This document shows, piece by piece, positions 40,703 to 51,103 of a DNA stretch of 64,000 nt. Below the pieces are notes generated by a model, which was not told where the DNA came from, made no database searches, and saw nothing but the letters and a program-made list of their open reading frames with translations. The position numbers and the translations under genes were made by a program. Where the stretch lies: assembly GCA_000146465.1 (NCBI GenBank), contig CP001943.1; one strand, given 5' to 3'. Numbering within the stretch: position 1 is the first letter of the stretch; every line of letters starts with the position of its first letter.

Positions 40703-42565
40703 ATGGAAAAGAAAGCCCTGAAAATGGATCAGAACAATAACATGAACAAGTTCTTCAACTCGTCGTTCTTTGCACAGACACCCCAGAAGGATAATAAGCC
40801 GGGGCAGTTTTCCGGGATACAGCAGCCTTCTATTTTTGGGCAAACACAGTCTGGGTTTAGCGGAGCCCAGAATCCTTTTCTCCAGGGATCCGGAGGGATG
40901 AAGAGTAACACGTTTGGGACTTCAACGCCGTTTGGAGGTACCTCTACATTTGGAGGAGCGACTTCTAACTCTGGGGGATTTGGACAGCCTTTTTCGACCC
41001 AACAGCCTTCAACTTCATTGACAAGATTTGGGACTGGAGGAACACTTGGAACAGGAAATAATATATTTGGAGGAACAGCTAACACAATAGGAACGAATCC
41101 AACGCAGTTTGGGGGATCGGGAAATACTTCTACCTTTGGGACTCAGCAGCAAGTCAATAATAACACCTTTGGGTCTGGAGTTCCAAATTCATTGCAGCCT
41201 TTTTCGATGGGGGCCTCAACAGCAACACAACCCAGCATATGGGGACAACAAACAACCTCTTACAATCCCTTTGGTAGTAGCCAAAACTCCTCTTTTTCTA
41301 ACGACAGAAGTAACGCCTTGGGAAAGGGATTTCCTGGGCTTGGTGGAGGGAATTCTGGAACCCGAGATCATCCCTACATGCAAAGGAAGATTAGGGAAGA
41401 TAATGGAGGAGAAGTTACCTTGATGCACATCAACGGTAACGAGGGTTACACACAAAAGTCTGTCGATGAACTTAGGGCAGAAGATTATATACTTGGAAGA
41501 AAGCCACCTACTGGAAGCAGCTTAGCAGAACCCAAGAGCATTCCAGGATTTGGATCGTCTTTTGGAGGTCCGGTGCCTTCCTCTATAGACAGTAAGCCTC
41601 AGAGTAGCAATATTTTTGGAGCTACTCCTTCAAACAATTCATTCCAGCCATTTATTTCAACAGGAAACTCAAAAGTCTTACAAGGGCCTACTAATCCAGG
41701 TTTTGGAAATACGGTTGCACAACAGCCATTTGCATCCCAAGCAATTTCTCAAAGTACGCCGAGCCAGCCCTTTGGAACAGCAGCACAAGCTCTTCCCTCA
41801 ACAAACTCAAATCCATTTCTTCAGACACCACAGCAACCTCAGTCATTGTTCGGATCTGCCGGAACATCCCCGCAAACGCCAGCTTCGGGTGGTCTCTCAT
41901 TTATGCAGCCACCCACGGCACCTGTGCAGCAGCCCTTTGGAGGTGGAATGGCCTCTCTTGGGACCTGTGGGCAACAGAATACACAGCAGACAAAAATAGA
42001 TCCATCTGATCCCTTTCTCTTGAAAGATATCAAGTTTGAGAAGACCGAGAAAGAACATCTTCCATTGAGCAAGGTGCTTCCAAAGCCTATGTTTAAGGAG
42101 GACTTAAAGCCACAGAAGATATCTCTGAAATTCCGCCCTCCAAAGCCTCCTGCAAAAGAGAAGATATATACTATTCCTCCGATAGAAGATATCAAGCACA
42201 TGAAGGAAGTTCACAATTTGATTATAGGATTTGAAGACAAGGGAAGGATAGAGTATCTTGACACAGTGAACGGATCCGATGTCACCATGGCGAATATCCA
42301 GTCCAAGATTTACTTCTCCAAGGAATCTGTTGTGGTCAACGATCCTGTTGGAGTGGGCCTTAATAGGAGAGCCCGTGTATATGTAGAAGGAGTGTTTCCA
42401 TATAGTAGAAGCTTAGGAGACTATGTTAGAGGTGAGCAGAAACAGTTTCCGCTAAAAGGAATCCAGGAAAGGTTTCTGTATGGTTTGAAGAATGACACGG
42501 TTAAGAAATTTGTTGGATATGAGTATGAAAGGGGGACATACGTCTACGATGTTAACCATTTCTGA
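40703..42565 (+). CDS. FG-repeat nucleoporin of the Nup98/Nup116/Nup145N type with C-terminal autoproteolytic-type domain ending in ...HF
   Basis: About 450 aa of GFG/FG/GGF repeats, then VGLNRRARVYVEGVFPYSRSLGDY...YEYERGTYVYDVNHF-stop, matching the Nup98 C-terminal domain up to the HF/S cleavage site. Confidence 0.85.
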   Translation: MEKKALKMDQNNNMNKFFNSSFFAQTPQKDNKPGQFSGIQQPSIFGQTQSGFSGAQNPFLQGSGGMKSNTFGTSTPFGGTSTFGGATSNSGGFGQPFSTQQPSTSLTRFGTGGTLGTGNNIFGGTANTIGTNPTQFGGSGNTSTFGTQQQVNNNTFGSGVPNSLQPFSMGASTATQPSIWGQQTTSYNPFGSSQNSSFSNDRSNALGKGFPGLGGGNSGTRDHPYMQRKIREDNGGEVTLMHINGNEGYTQKSVDELRAEDYILGRKPPTGSSLAEPKSIPGFGSSFGGPVPSSIDSKPQSSNIFGATPSNNSFQPFISTGNSKVLQGPTNPGFGNTVAQQPFASQAISQSTPSQPFGTAAQALPSTNSNPFLQTPQQPQSLFGSAGTSPQTPASGGLSFMQPPTAPVQQPFGGGMASLGTCGQQNTQQTKIDPSDPFLLKDIKFEKTEKEHLPLSKVLPKPMFKEDLKPQKISLKFRPPKPPAKEKIYTIPPIEDIKHMKEVHNLIIGFEDKGRIEYLDTVNGSDVTMANIQSKIYFSKESVVVNDPVGVGLNRRARVYVEGVFPYSRSLGDYVRGEQKQFPLKGIQERFLYGLKNDTVKKFVGYEYERGTYVYDVNHF

Positions 42566-42653
42566 GAAATGGAATAACTTCTGAATTAAAGAACTAGTGG
42601 ATGTTTTTTGGTTATCGGACTGAAATCCGTATTTTGATATATCCCTACCTTAA

Positions 42654-44021
42654 ATGCAAGTAAGCTACATAGAAAAGGAGACTATCGATGAACTCCGGAT
42701 AAGCACAAGTATTGGAGATAAGATATTTTTCATCCGGGGAATGGAGTTGGTAAGCAAAAGCATCTATGCATATGACTCGGAGAAGATACACAAAACATTT
42801 GAAGACAGGGTGGACTATATTTGCTACTTTAACGAGATGATATTGGCTCTGTGTGGGAATATTCTATACAAACACAGAGTACTGGGAGAAGAGGTGATTT
42901 TGTGCGGTACTTGCCAACTGCTTGAGCCGCCCATCAAGATATGTGTGAGTGGAGGTCCGGAGGAAAAGGAGGGCTATGCAGTGTGTTTTCTGTATAGAAA
43001 CAAAAGAATTGAAGTTTTTAGCGATGATATCGAAAGGGTTGTTGTGCGCTGCAAAGGGGATGTCGCAAAGGAAGATGAAATAATAGACTTTGCCATTGAA
43101 GACGGGGTATCATGGTTTCTGTCGCAGTCAGGGAGGATTTATCGCACACACTCCTTTGTGATATCAAGAGTGGTTCTTCTGAATAGGCCTGTTCGAATGA
43201 TCCCAGAACCTTCCTACTTCGATGGCACCATTAATAAAATCCTGGCTAAGAGGGGAAGGCTGTATGTGTGTTATGAAGAGGGTTTTGAAGTGTACGACAT
43301 TGGAAAAGATGTTTTGGTGCTGAACTATACATATAAGACTCGTGACTTTGAACTTTATGCTTGGGAGAATGTCTATTGCTTAGAGTCAAATCTATTGATT
43401 GTCGATGAGATGCCGCGGGTGATTGCAAGTGTTCGTGTTCACAAGATGTTTGGAGACATTGGGATTTCAAGAGACAGAATCCTTTTTATTAAAAGGGTGG
43501 AGGAATGCAAAAGAGCTGATGTGAAGCTGCTGAAGGAAGAAGATGCAGATAAAAGAACAAAGGAGATGTTTAGAATAGTAGAAAACGACATCAAGATCCC
43601 CGAGATTGAACTTTCGGAAAATGGAAGGGAAGTTTCTGAAAAAGGTTTTCTCATTGTACAGAAGATGATTAATGAGTTTGAGAGCAAGATCCTAGATGTA
43701 TACAGAAGAATTTACTTTGAGCTTGTGACGCTTAATGAGAGCTTTGGAGAGAAGATAACAGGGCTGAATGCCGAGAATGATTTAATACTCAGGAAGGTAG
43801 AGGTTCTTGACAGAAGAAAGAATGATCTTGTGGAGCGTCTTCAAAAGCTCAGCGAGAAAATGGAGGATGTTGTATCCAGGATCCAAATAGATGGAAGCAA
43901 GACGAGGCGTTTGGCCAAGATGGTTGACAAGGCAATTGATGAAATTTCTTACAAGAAATATGAAAAGTATTCGAGAATCCTTAAGTTACAAAGGGAGGTG
44001 TTGAACAGGAAGATGGTTTAA
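42654..44021 (+). CDS. Hypothetical beta-rich N-terminal plus coiled-coil C-terminal protein (Nup82/Nup88-like architecture; speculative)
   Basis: N-terminal 300 aa beta-strand-like, C-terminal 150 aa heptad charged; 88 bp downstream of the FG nucleoporin on the same strand. Confidence 0.45.
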   Translation: MQVSYIEKETIDELRISTSIGDKIFFIRGMELVSKSIYAYDSEKIHKTFEDRVDYICYFNEMILALCGNILYKHRVLGEEVILCGTCQLLEPPIKICVSGGPEEKEGYAVCFLYRNKRIEVFSDDIERVVVRCKGDVAKEDEIIDFAIEDGVSWFLSQSGRIYRTHSFVISRVVLLNRPVRMIPEPSYFDGTINKILAKRGRLYVCYEEGFEVYDIGKDVLVLNYTYKTRDFELYAWENVYCLESNLLIVDEMPRVIASVRVHKMFGDIGISRDRILFIKRVEECKRADVKLLKEEDADKRTKEMFRIVENDIKIPEIELSENGREVSEKGFLIVQKMINEFESKILDVYRRIYFELVTLNESFGEKITGLNAENDLILRKVEVLDRRKNDLVERLQKLSEKMEDVVSRIQIDGSKTRRLAKMVDKAIDEISYKKYEKYSRILKLQREVLNRKMV

Positions 44022-44166
44022 AATACACAAGGGCTTACCAAGGGCGATGATAAGTTGTGTTGGGGACCGCTCCATTGAAATTTCTTTGCAGAAACAGTTT
44101 TATGCAATCAGAGATGAAGGAGCCAATCCTAAATAAAATATTTTTGGCTTTTAAAACCCATCAAAT

Positions 44167-46524
44167 ATGCAAACAATAAGGATTCTGCCGAATATAAAGT
44201 CTCTTCTCAAGGATGGAAAGGTGTCTGAGGCAATTGATGTTATAAATATGCATGTGGATGTGGTAGCTCCGTACATAAAAGACGATCTTCAGTACATCAA
44301 ATCTGATGATCCGAAGACAAGCCTGTGCCTGAGCAAGATCTATTTTGTTCTTGGGGATTACCAAAAAGCTATAGAGTATGCACTCCTCTCTGGAGACCTC
44401 CTAGTTGATGACGGGTCATTCTACTATACTTCGATAGTCTATCACATGATGGATTCGGCAGATATGAGCAAAGACAGCAGAGCCCGAGATTTTGTTCTTC
44501 GAGCCATAAGCTCGGAGACTGTGGATGGCTCTCTTATTGGATATTTATTTTCTGTAAAGGAATATGCACTACTCAAGGAAGCACTTGTGAAATACATAGA
44601 TGGAGGAAATGATTATAAAAGGCTTCTTGATCTTCTTATATCTCTTGGGGAGGAGAAAGGATGTCTAAAGGAGATATATGGGATGATTACAGAGATTGGC
44701 CCAAGAGGTAAACCATTTCTTTTTTATGTTATAGATGCCTACTTCTATCTTGAGGAAATAGAAAAGGTCAAGGAGCTGATTGAAAGACTTACGAAGGAAG
44801 ACATTCTTCTGTGTTATGAGGTTGCATTCTACACTGAGGACAACTATAGCCCAGAGATTGAGGTGTCCAACCAAAAAGTCATGTCAATACTCAGTGGAGA
44901 ATTCAAGAAAAAAATCCTTGGGGAGTTTCTCCTTGAAAGGAATCTCACAAGCTTCAAGTTTCTTGAATCTATAGCAAGAACCAGGACTCACTATCTGGGG
45001 CTGGCCAATTCCTTGATGAACTTGGGAACCTCTAATGATACGTTCTACAGAAGTAACGCAGATATTTTCAGCCAGTCGAATGAGTGGGCAAAGTTTTGTG
45101 AGGTTTCCAGCATTGGAATGATTCATCTATTCAATTCAAATCCATATGAAATCCTTAAAAACTATTTGCCTAGCGAGGTCAGCCAGAAGGAAGGAGGAGC
45201 CCTGATGGCCCTAGGTCTTATAAAGGCAGGAACATTCAGTGAAGAAGACACCGAGTATCTTCTCTATTTTTTGGACACGCAGGACACTCTTACGCCCGAG
45301 CTAGCGTATGGTGTATGCTTAGGCCTCGGACTTATCAATATGGGATCGACCAACAGCGAGATCTTAGGGAAACTCAAGGAACTTTCAAAAGTTGACCGGA
45401 CGTTGTTAGTGGAAGCTTCTGTGTATGGAATAGGGATGCTTGGACTCAACTCATGGAATGTTGAGATTCTGGAGGATTTAAGGGCAATAGCTGGGGAAAC
45501 AGAGTTCGAACGTGTGAAGAGAGCTGTCGGCATTTCCTTTTCATTGGTTTTGATGTTCAGTGAAGAGATGTTCTATGATGAAGATGCAGAAACAGACGGA
45601 GATTTCAAGAATTACATAAATGAGTTTCTTTCCGAAAAGGACTCTATTATGAGGGCAAGCGGGGTTCTTTCTCTTGGGTCTTCATTCGTCGGGACAGGAA
45701 GGCTTAGTGTGATTTCAACACTTCTTCCATACATCAACGACGGAGATGACGATGTCAAGAGAGCTGCAGTGATAGCCATAGGACTTGTATGTTGCGACGA
45801 CAGGGACCTTCTTGTAGGAACCTTGGAGCCTCTTTCGGAAAACCACAACTTCTTTGTAAGAGCAGCTGTGGCTGTGGTTCTTGGATTATTCCTTTCTGGA
45901 ACAGGAGACGAAGTTTGCACCAACATTCTAGAAGCACTCATGTATGACTCCAACAACCTTGTCAGGCAGTCGGCTTGCATTGGGATTGGGTTTATTACCA
46001 TGCAGTGCAATCCTACGCTCATTCCGAATTATAAGCGTATCATCGAAAGATTGAACAAGCTGGTAGTTGACAAGAAGGAGAGCGGAGCAGTGGAATTAGG
46101 AGCGGTATTTGGCAGGGGGCTAAGCGAGGCAGGGGGAAGAAACATAATCTTTTCAATAAGAAACATGTCTGGAATTACATCGGCCGACAGGATTGCAGGT
46201 GCAATTCTGTTCTTACACTACTGGTATTGGTATCCTCTTATAAGTATGGTATCCTTGTGTGCTCTTCCAACTGCAGTTTTCTGCTTCAACGAGGATCTTG
46301 AGGAGGAGGAAATCGAAATTCCAACATCCAACCGATATGACAACCTTCTTATACGCCTCCCAGATATCAAGAAGACAAGAAGGTTCAAGCAGAGACCTAA
46401 GGAAGACAAGGAAGTCGTTACAGAATCCCCTTCGGTGCTAACCTCGGGAAGTAGGTGCACCATTAAGCAAAGGGAAGAATGCGGTCTTGATTCTCCTGCA
46501 ATCCTTTTTGTGAAGAAGAAATAA
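44167..46524 (+). CDS. RPN2: 26S proteasome regulatory subunit Rpn2 (PSMD1)
   Basis: N-terminus parallels Rpn2 (YFVLGDYQKAIEYALLSGD / YYNLGEYESAVKYALAAKD); multiple PC repeats (ALGLIKAG, GLGLINMGS, GIGMLGLNS, AVIAIGLVCCDD, AVAVVLGLFLSGTG); C-terminal FLHYWYWYPL / FSQFWYWFPL. Confidence 0.9.
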   Translation: MQTIRILPNIKSLLKDGKVSEAIDVINMHVDVVAPYIKDDLQYIKSDDPKTSLCLSKIYFVLGDYQKAIEYALLSGDLLVDDGSFYYTSIVYHMMDSADMSKDSRARDFVLRAISSETVDGSLIGYLFSVKEYALLKEALVKYIDGGNDYKRLLDLLISLGEEKGCLKEIYGMITEIGPRGKPFLFYVIDAYFYLEEIEKVKELIERLTKEDILLCYEVAFYTEDNYSPEIEVSNQKVMSILSGEFKKKILGEFLLERNLTSFKFLESIARTRTHYLGLANSLMNLGTSNDTFYRSNADIFSQSNEWAKFCEVSSIGMIHLFNSNPYEILKNYLPSEVSQKEGGALMALGLIKAGTFSEEDTEYLLYFLDTQDTLTPELAYGVCLGLGLINMGSTNSEILGKLKELSKVDRTLLVEASVYGIGMLGLNSWNVEILEDLRAIAGETEFERVKRAVGISFSLVLMFSEEMFYDEDAETDGDFKNYINEFLSEKDSIMRASGVLSLGSSFVGTGRLSVISTLLPYINDGDDDVKRAAVIAIGLVCCDDRDLLVGTLEPLSENHNFFVRAAVAVVLGLFLSGTGDEVCTNILEALMYDSNNLVRQSACIGIGFITMQCNPTLIPNYKRIIERLNKLVVDKKESGAVELGAVFGRGLSEAGGRNIIFSIRNMSGITSADRIAGAILFLHYWYWYPLISMVSLCALPTAVFCFNEDLEEEEIEIPTSNRYDNLLIRLPDIKKTRRFKQRPKEDKEVVTESPSVLTSGSRCTIKQREECGLDSPAILFVKKK

Positions 46525-46609
46525 ATCATAGTTTTGGAAATAGAAAATCCCTGTATTGTTTAGAATCCTCAAGAGTACATTTATTTTCTTCTAAGAAGTA
46601 TTTGCTATC

Positions 46610-46948
46610 TTATCCATCTTGTCCTTGGAGTCCTTCGTCTAGATCTGTGGAAAAAGAAACCACTTCACCTGGCTCATAAGGAGGTAATCCCAGAGAAGGG
46701 CATCCACTGCATCGGAATGCATCCCCTTTGTAGCAATTTCCGCAAGCAGACCTCACCTCAACTTCCTGTTTTTCTTTTAAGCCGCAAGTACAGTCTTTGC
46801 ATGCCCTCTTTTTTGCAGGCGTTCTCAAAGTTTTCGTTTCGGCTTTATCTTCATCAGTTAGATATTCATCTGATATCTTTACTCTTGGATCGGTGTTTTT
46901 TCTTATTGTGCTTCTCAGCAGCTTTCTTAGTTCTTCCTTGTCTTCCAT
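46610..46948 (-). CDS. DRE2: Fe-S assembly protein Dre2/anamorsin, CIAPIN1 C-terminal domain only
   Basis: ACKDCTCGL...[29 protein letters not shown] matches the twin CX2CXC...CX2C...CX2C CIAPIN1 motifs; no N-terminal methyltransferase-like domain. Confidence 0.8.
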   Translation of the reverse strand: MEDKEELRKLLRSTIRKNTDPRVKISDEYLTDEDKAETKTLRTPAKKRACKDCTCGLKEKQEVEVRSACGNCYKGDAFRCSGCPSLGLPPYEPGEVVSFSTDLDEGLQGQDG

Positions 46949-46967
46949 TTGGGGCCTTGGGTCCAGC

Positions 46968-47552
46968 TCAATTAAAATCTCTGCTCTTGATGTGCTCCTC
47001 TCCTAATCTATACCATGCCTCGAGAATTAGTGGGTGCTCAAAATCCACCTGCTCCCTCAAAGCTGAGAGATCCTTTTCCATCTTTGACAGCACCTCTTGG
47101 TCCACACTTCCAAGCTCTCCTTCCTCAAACCCTCTATCTATCCATAGGTTGTTCATTTCGTTTATTCTCTCTTTCAACTCCTCGTTCTCTCTTACCAGTC
47201 TTTCATTTTCTTCTTTTAATTGCCCTACATCCACTTCCCCAGTGTTGCTAAAGAACAATCCTTCAAAAAACCTTTCGAGGTCCGAATCAACCTCTGGGCT
47301 TCCGTATTTCTTTATATACAAAAACAGAGCTAGTCCATGTATCTCATTGATGCTATAAGTCCTGGATGGTATGTTGATTCCATAAGTTTCAAGGTAATGA
47401 GCTTCTAGCGCTTTCTCCATGTTTTTATAAAACAATATCCTGCAGCCCGAGACTTCGAAGGGGATTCCCACCTCTTCCAGAAGATGGGCAATGTCTTCCA
47501 GGGACAAAGTGCTCTTCTTCAGAATTTTCTTCAGAAATTGGCTAATTTCCAT
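46968..47552 (-). CDS. Hypothetical protein with C-terminal coiled coil, 194 aa
   Basis: ORF fits gene spacing; the overlapping plus-strand ORF 46717..47358 is S/L/P-rich antisense-type and rejected. Confidence 0.45.
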   Translation of the reverse strand: MEISQFLKKILKKSTLSLEDIAHLLEEVGIPFEVSGCRILFYKNMEKALEAHYLETYGINIPSRTYSINEIHGLALFLYIKKYGSPEVDSDLERFFEGLFFSNTGEVDVGQLKEENERLVRENEELKERINEMNNLWIDRGFEEGELGSVDQEVLSKMEKDLSALREQVDFEHPLILEAWYRLGEEHIKSRDFN

Positions 47553-47629
47553 TGTTTTGCCAGGGGAGGTGTCTAAGGACTATTATTGATGGATCAAACC
47601 GATGTCAAGGCTCACCCTTAAAGGCCTAG

Positions 47630-49378
47630 ATGGAAGGGATCTTCAATAGTAAGGATCTTTACGAATACCTCGAGGAGCAAAAGCATTCGGGAATATCAAA
47701 GACCAGAAGGATATCCTTGTACTACAAGGCAACATCGAAAAGTGTGGGAGACGACGAATACTCATTGAGGATATGGCTGGATTACATCCAATTGCTTATG
47801 GATGGAACAAAAGATACAACAGAGGCCAGGGAGACATTTAAGATGATAAAGATGAGATTTTGTAAGTTCTACAACTATTGGGAAGCTTACATCCGATTTG
47901 AGATAGAGACAGGAAACGAAAATCTCGGGAAGATTTTGCAGCACAGCATCGATTTTGTTAAAGTGAAAGAGTTTCCCGAAAAGAAAAATGTGCTGGATTA
48001 TTTGGAGTGTGTGATATCTTATGTCCGTAATCAGCAAGACTTGTCTGTATTCTGCAGAAGCCCAGAGAAAAGTCTTGATGCAGACGGAAGGTTCACCAGT
48101 CTTTTTGAGACCCAAATGGGAGACCGTGGAGGCAAGATTTTGAAGAAGGATCAGAAAGAGCCCAGGTATGAGTATGAAGGAGGGAGAGGGCTCTTTCCAA
48201 GAAACGATGATATTTACTCTACGCCTGGAGAATGTAAAGAAAACCTGAGCAATAGAAGCAAGACTGACAGTAGTAGCCAGACATTGCTCTCCAGCTTGGA
48301 TACAAAGACTGGAAATCACGGTAGTTCATTCTTTGGGACAATACCTGTTAGATTTGAGAAGGAGGATTACTCCCAGGGAATAACTGCAGAGATAAATGCA
48401 GCTTTGGGAAAAGCAGGTTCGGAGGAAAGCAGCTCATCTCCTCGATCGGGAACGATAAGAGCCAGGGAGAAGATATCTGTTAAAGGGAAGGATATTGAAA
48501 TACTTAAGCAAATAGGAAAGGGAGGAAGTAGCAAGGTGTACAAAATTCTCCTGGGAAACAGTGTGTACGCTTTGAAAAGAGTCGAACTTGTTGGAGACGA
48601 AAAGATGCTTAACTCCTATATCAACGAGATAAATCTACTTTACAAGTTCAAGGGGGCGCCGGAGATAGTTGAGATCATAGACCATGAGGTAAATGAGGAC
48701 TATCTACACATTCTACTGGAATATGGAGAAACCGATTTATCCCAAATCATAAAAAGAGGAAACCTAAGCATAAACTTCATTAAGGATGTGTGGGAGCAGA
48801 TGCTCCTGATAGTGAAGAGGGTTCACATGGAAAGAATCATTCATTGCGATCTTAAGCCTGCAAACTTCTTGTTTGTCAAAGGACGTGTCAAGCTCATAGA
48901 CTTCGGGATATCCAAGGTCATAAGAAACGACACCACCAGCATTCTCTCTGAAGAGCAATGTGGAACAGTAAACTACATGTCTCCAGAAGCAGTTACGCAA
49001 AACAAATCAAAGGTAGCCCGAAGCTCGGACATTTGGTCTCTAGGATGCATACTGTATGAAATGGTTCATTCGAAGCCTCCGTTGCATGAATATCCTAATT
49101 TGATCCAAAAGATCCAGAAACTGCAAGAGTACTCGGAATTCAAATATTCAAGTGAGAATAAACTTGCCGTCATGGTTATGAAGGAGTGTCTTGTCCGAGA
49201 TCCAAAAAAAAGGCCAACCATAGACAATCTTCTTAACCACAGGTTCCTCACCGGGGAAATCCATCTAGAGCCGCTCCGAGAGCTGGTAACAAAAATCCTT
49301 AGAATCAGTGGAAAGGACAAGGCTGACCCAGCATATGTTGACAAGATAACTGAGCAGCTTTGGAATGACCATGGATAA
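47630..49378 (+). CDS. MPS1: Mps1/TTK dual-specificity spindle-checkpoint kinase
   Basis: Catalytic region [27 protein letters not shown]...[21 protein letters not shown]...[13 protein letters not shown] parallels Mps1 ([26 protein letters not shown]...VGTVNYMPPEAI...[11 protein letters not shown]); N-terminal TPR-like helical domain. Confidence 0.85.
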   Translation: [582 protein letters not shown]

Positions 49379-49461
49379 TGAAAGACATTAAGACAAAGCC
49401 TATCACCGCACAAGTAAGTATACTGGAAACCATAATAAAGTGTTTTTAATCACCGGGATTA

Positions 49462-50916
49462 TTATCTTCTTGTAGGGAGGATATCATCGATCTTCAATAT
49501 CATAGAGACAGTCTCTATTGCCAAAGTGACAATACTAATGCTTACTTTTGCCGGTTGGACTACAGAATCTTCTTTGACCATGTCTCCTGCATGGCCACTT
49601 CTAACACTAATTCCTGCACAGTCATTCTGCTTTAGCTCGCTTCTTAGCTCGGAAACTATTTCCACAGGATAAAGCCCAGCATTTCTTGCAAGGAAGTAAG
49701 GGACTCCCTCAAACGCCTTTGCTATCTCTCTTAGCACATAGACATTCCCTTCTGTGGATTCCGAGAGCATCAATGAAATTCCCATCTCAACAGACCCTCC
49801 TCCCGGAACTAGGAATGGAAGCTCCTCAAGGCATTTCACAACACATAGTGCATCATTTAAGGATCTTTCTGCCTCTTCGACAACCATATCGTCGCATCCT
49901 CTTAGCAGTATGGTGCATCCATGTTCCTTGATCTCCAGCATTCCTTCCACCTCTCCAATATCGACATCAACCAGAGAGCCCGGGTTTAACAAATCTATTT
50001 CAGAAACAGGCTGGATCCCTATTGTACTGCAGATGTAGTCTACGTCCTTTCTGTCGACAGAATTAACTACAAGAATATTCAATTGCTTAAGGAAGTGGCT
50101 AGCAAGGTCGCTTAAAGATTCCCTTAATATGCTCTTTTGGATCACCAGAAGAGTACACCCGCTTTTCTTTATCTTTTTACACATCTCTAGAATGTATTTT
50201 CTTTCGTCCTGAATAATCTTTTCCATCAATGCAGGGTCGTTGACCAGAATCTTGCTGTCCATATTGGTCTTTGGAGCACTCAGGCAAAACTGAGCAACTC
50301 CTAGCTTTGCCTTCTTTGGAATCTCCTTGAAGTCGCATTCCAGCAAGATGCTTTTGTATGCCTTCACATCGTCCAAGCCTCCCCCCGTCCTCTTGACAAC
50401 CCGGATCTTCCTCTTATCTCCATTGACATACTCCATTCCCTTGATGGCTGCTTCTGCCATCTCTCCCGTAGAAGATGCTATTTTTGAGCATAGTGCTGTC
50501 GAAACATTGTTAATAAAATCTCTTCTGTCGCATTCCATCTTTACCTTGTCAATGTATTTGAGGCCAATCTTCTTTGAAATCTCCAGGTTGTCGCAAATAA
50601 CAGAAGGGTGAACATTCCTTTCAACTAGGTTGCTGACACTCTCCAGTAAACACCCTGCAAGAATAACAACACTCGTTGTTCCATCTCCGCATTCCTCATC
50701 CTGTGCTGCAGACATATTCGATAGAATCCCGTGGATCGGATGCTGATTCAAGTACTTCAGAATAGTAGCCCCGTCATTGGTCACAACTGTCTTCTTGTCC
50801 TTCACTATCATCTTGTCTAACCCTCTAGGTCCAAGAGAGGTCGAGAGAGTCTGGAGAAGGGACTGGGACGCCTGGAATATGGATGTCCTGACCTGATTGA
50901 GTCTTTCTGTAGCCAT
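49462..50916 (-). CDS. CCT4: T-complex chaperonin subunit delta (CCT4)
   Basis: Extended identity to CCT-delta: QFCLSAPKTNMDSKILVNDPALMEKIIQDERKYILEMCKKIKKSGCTLLVIQKSILRESLSDLASHFL and C-terminal ILKIDDILPTRR. Confidence 0.9.
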   Translation of the reverse strand: MATERLNQVRTSIFQASQSLLQTLSTSLGPRGLDKMIVKDKKTVVTNDGATILKYLNQHPIHGILSNMSAAQDEECGDGTTSVVILAGCLLESVSNLVERNVHPSVICDNLEISKKIGLKYIDKVKMECDRRDFINNVSTALCSKIASSTGEMAEAAIKGMEYVNGDKRKIRVVKRTGGGLDDVKAYKSILLECDFKEIPKKAKLGVAQFCLSAPKTNMDSKILVNDPALMEKIIQDERKYILEMCKKIKKSGCTLLVIQKSILRESLSDLASHFLKQLNILVVNSVDRKDVDYICSTIGIQPVSEIDLLNPGSLVDVDIGEVEGMLEIKEHGCTILLRGCDDMVVEEAERSLNDALCVVKCLEELPFLVPGGGSVEMGISLMLSESTEGNVYVLREIAKAFEGVPYFLARNAGLYPVEIVSELRSELKQNDCAGISVRSGHAGDMVKEDSVVQPAKVSISIVTLAIETVSMILKIDDILPTRR

Positions 50917-50966
50917 TGGGGATCAAAATTTTTCTCTATTCATGTAAAACGTATCCAAAATAATAT

Positions 50967-51048
50967 CGATAGTGACAGGATTCGAACCTGTGGGGACAGA
51001 GTCCATCGATTTCGAATCGATTGCCTTAGACCACTCGGCCACACTACC
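50967..51048 (-). tRNA. tRNA-Ser (anticodon CGA), type II with long variable arm
   Basis: Reverse complement GGTAGTG-TG-GCCGAGTGGTCTAAGGC-A-ATCGA-TTCGAAA-TCGAT-GGACTCTGTCCCCAC-AGG-TTCGAAT-CCT-GTCACTATC-G folds as a cloverleaf; 3-bp D-stem and G73 discriminator typical of Ser; T-run downstream on the coding strand. Confidence 0.85.
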
Positions 51049-51103
51049 TTCTAGATCCCCGTCTCCGGGACCCATCATTATACCTTCCCCCTTTGCCCCA
51101 TAA

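Noticed and set aside
40729-41085. 118-aa minus ORF (and 41216..41455, 41691..41900, 41839..42201 minus, 41616..41999 plus)
   Set aside because: Antisense or alternate frames of the FG-repeat nucleoporin; repetitive G/P-rich translation artefacts
46717-47358. 213-aa plus-strand S/L/P-rich ORF
   Set aside because: Overlaps both Dre2 (conserved Cys motifs on minus strand) and the 46968..47552 minus gene; composition typical of antisense reading
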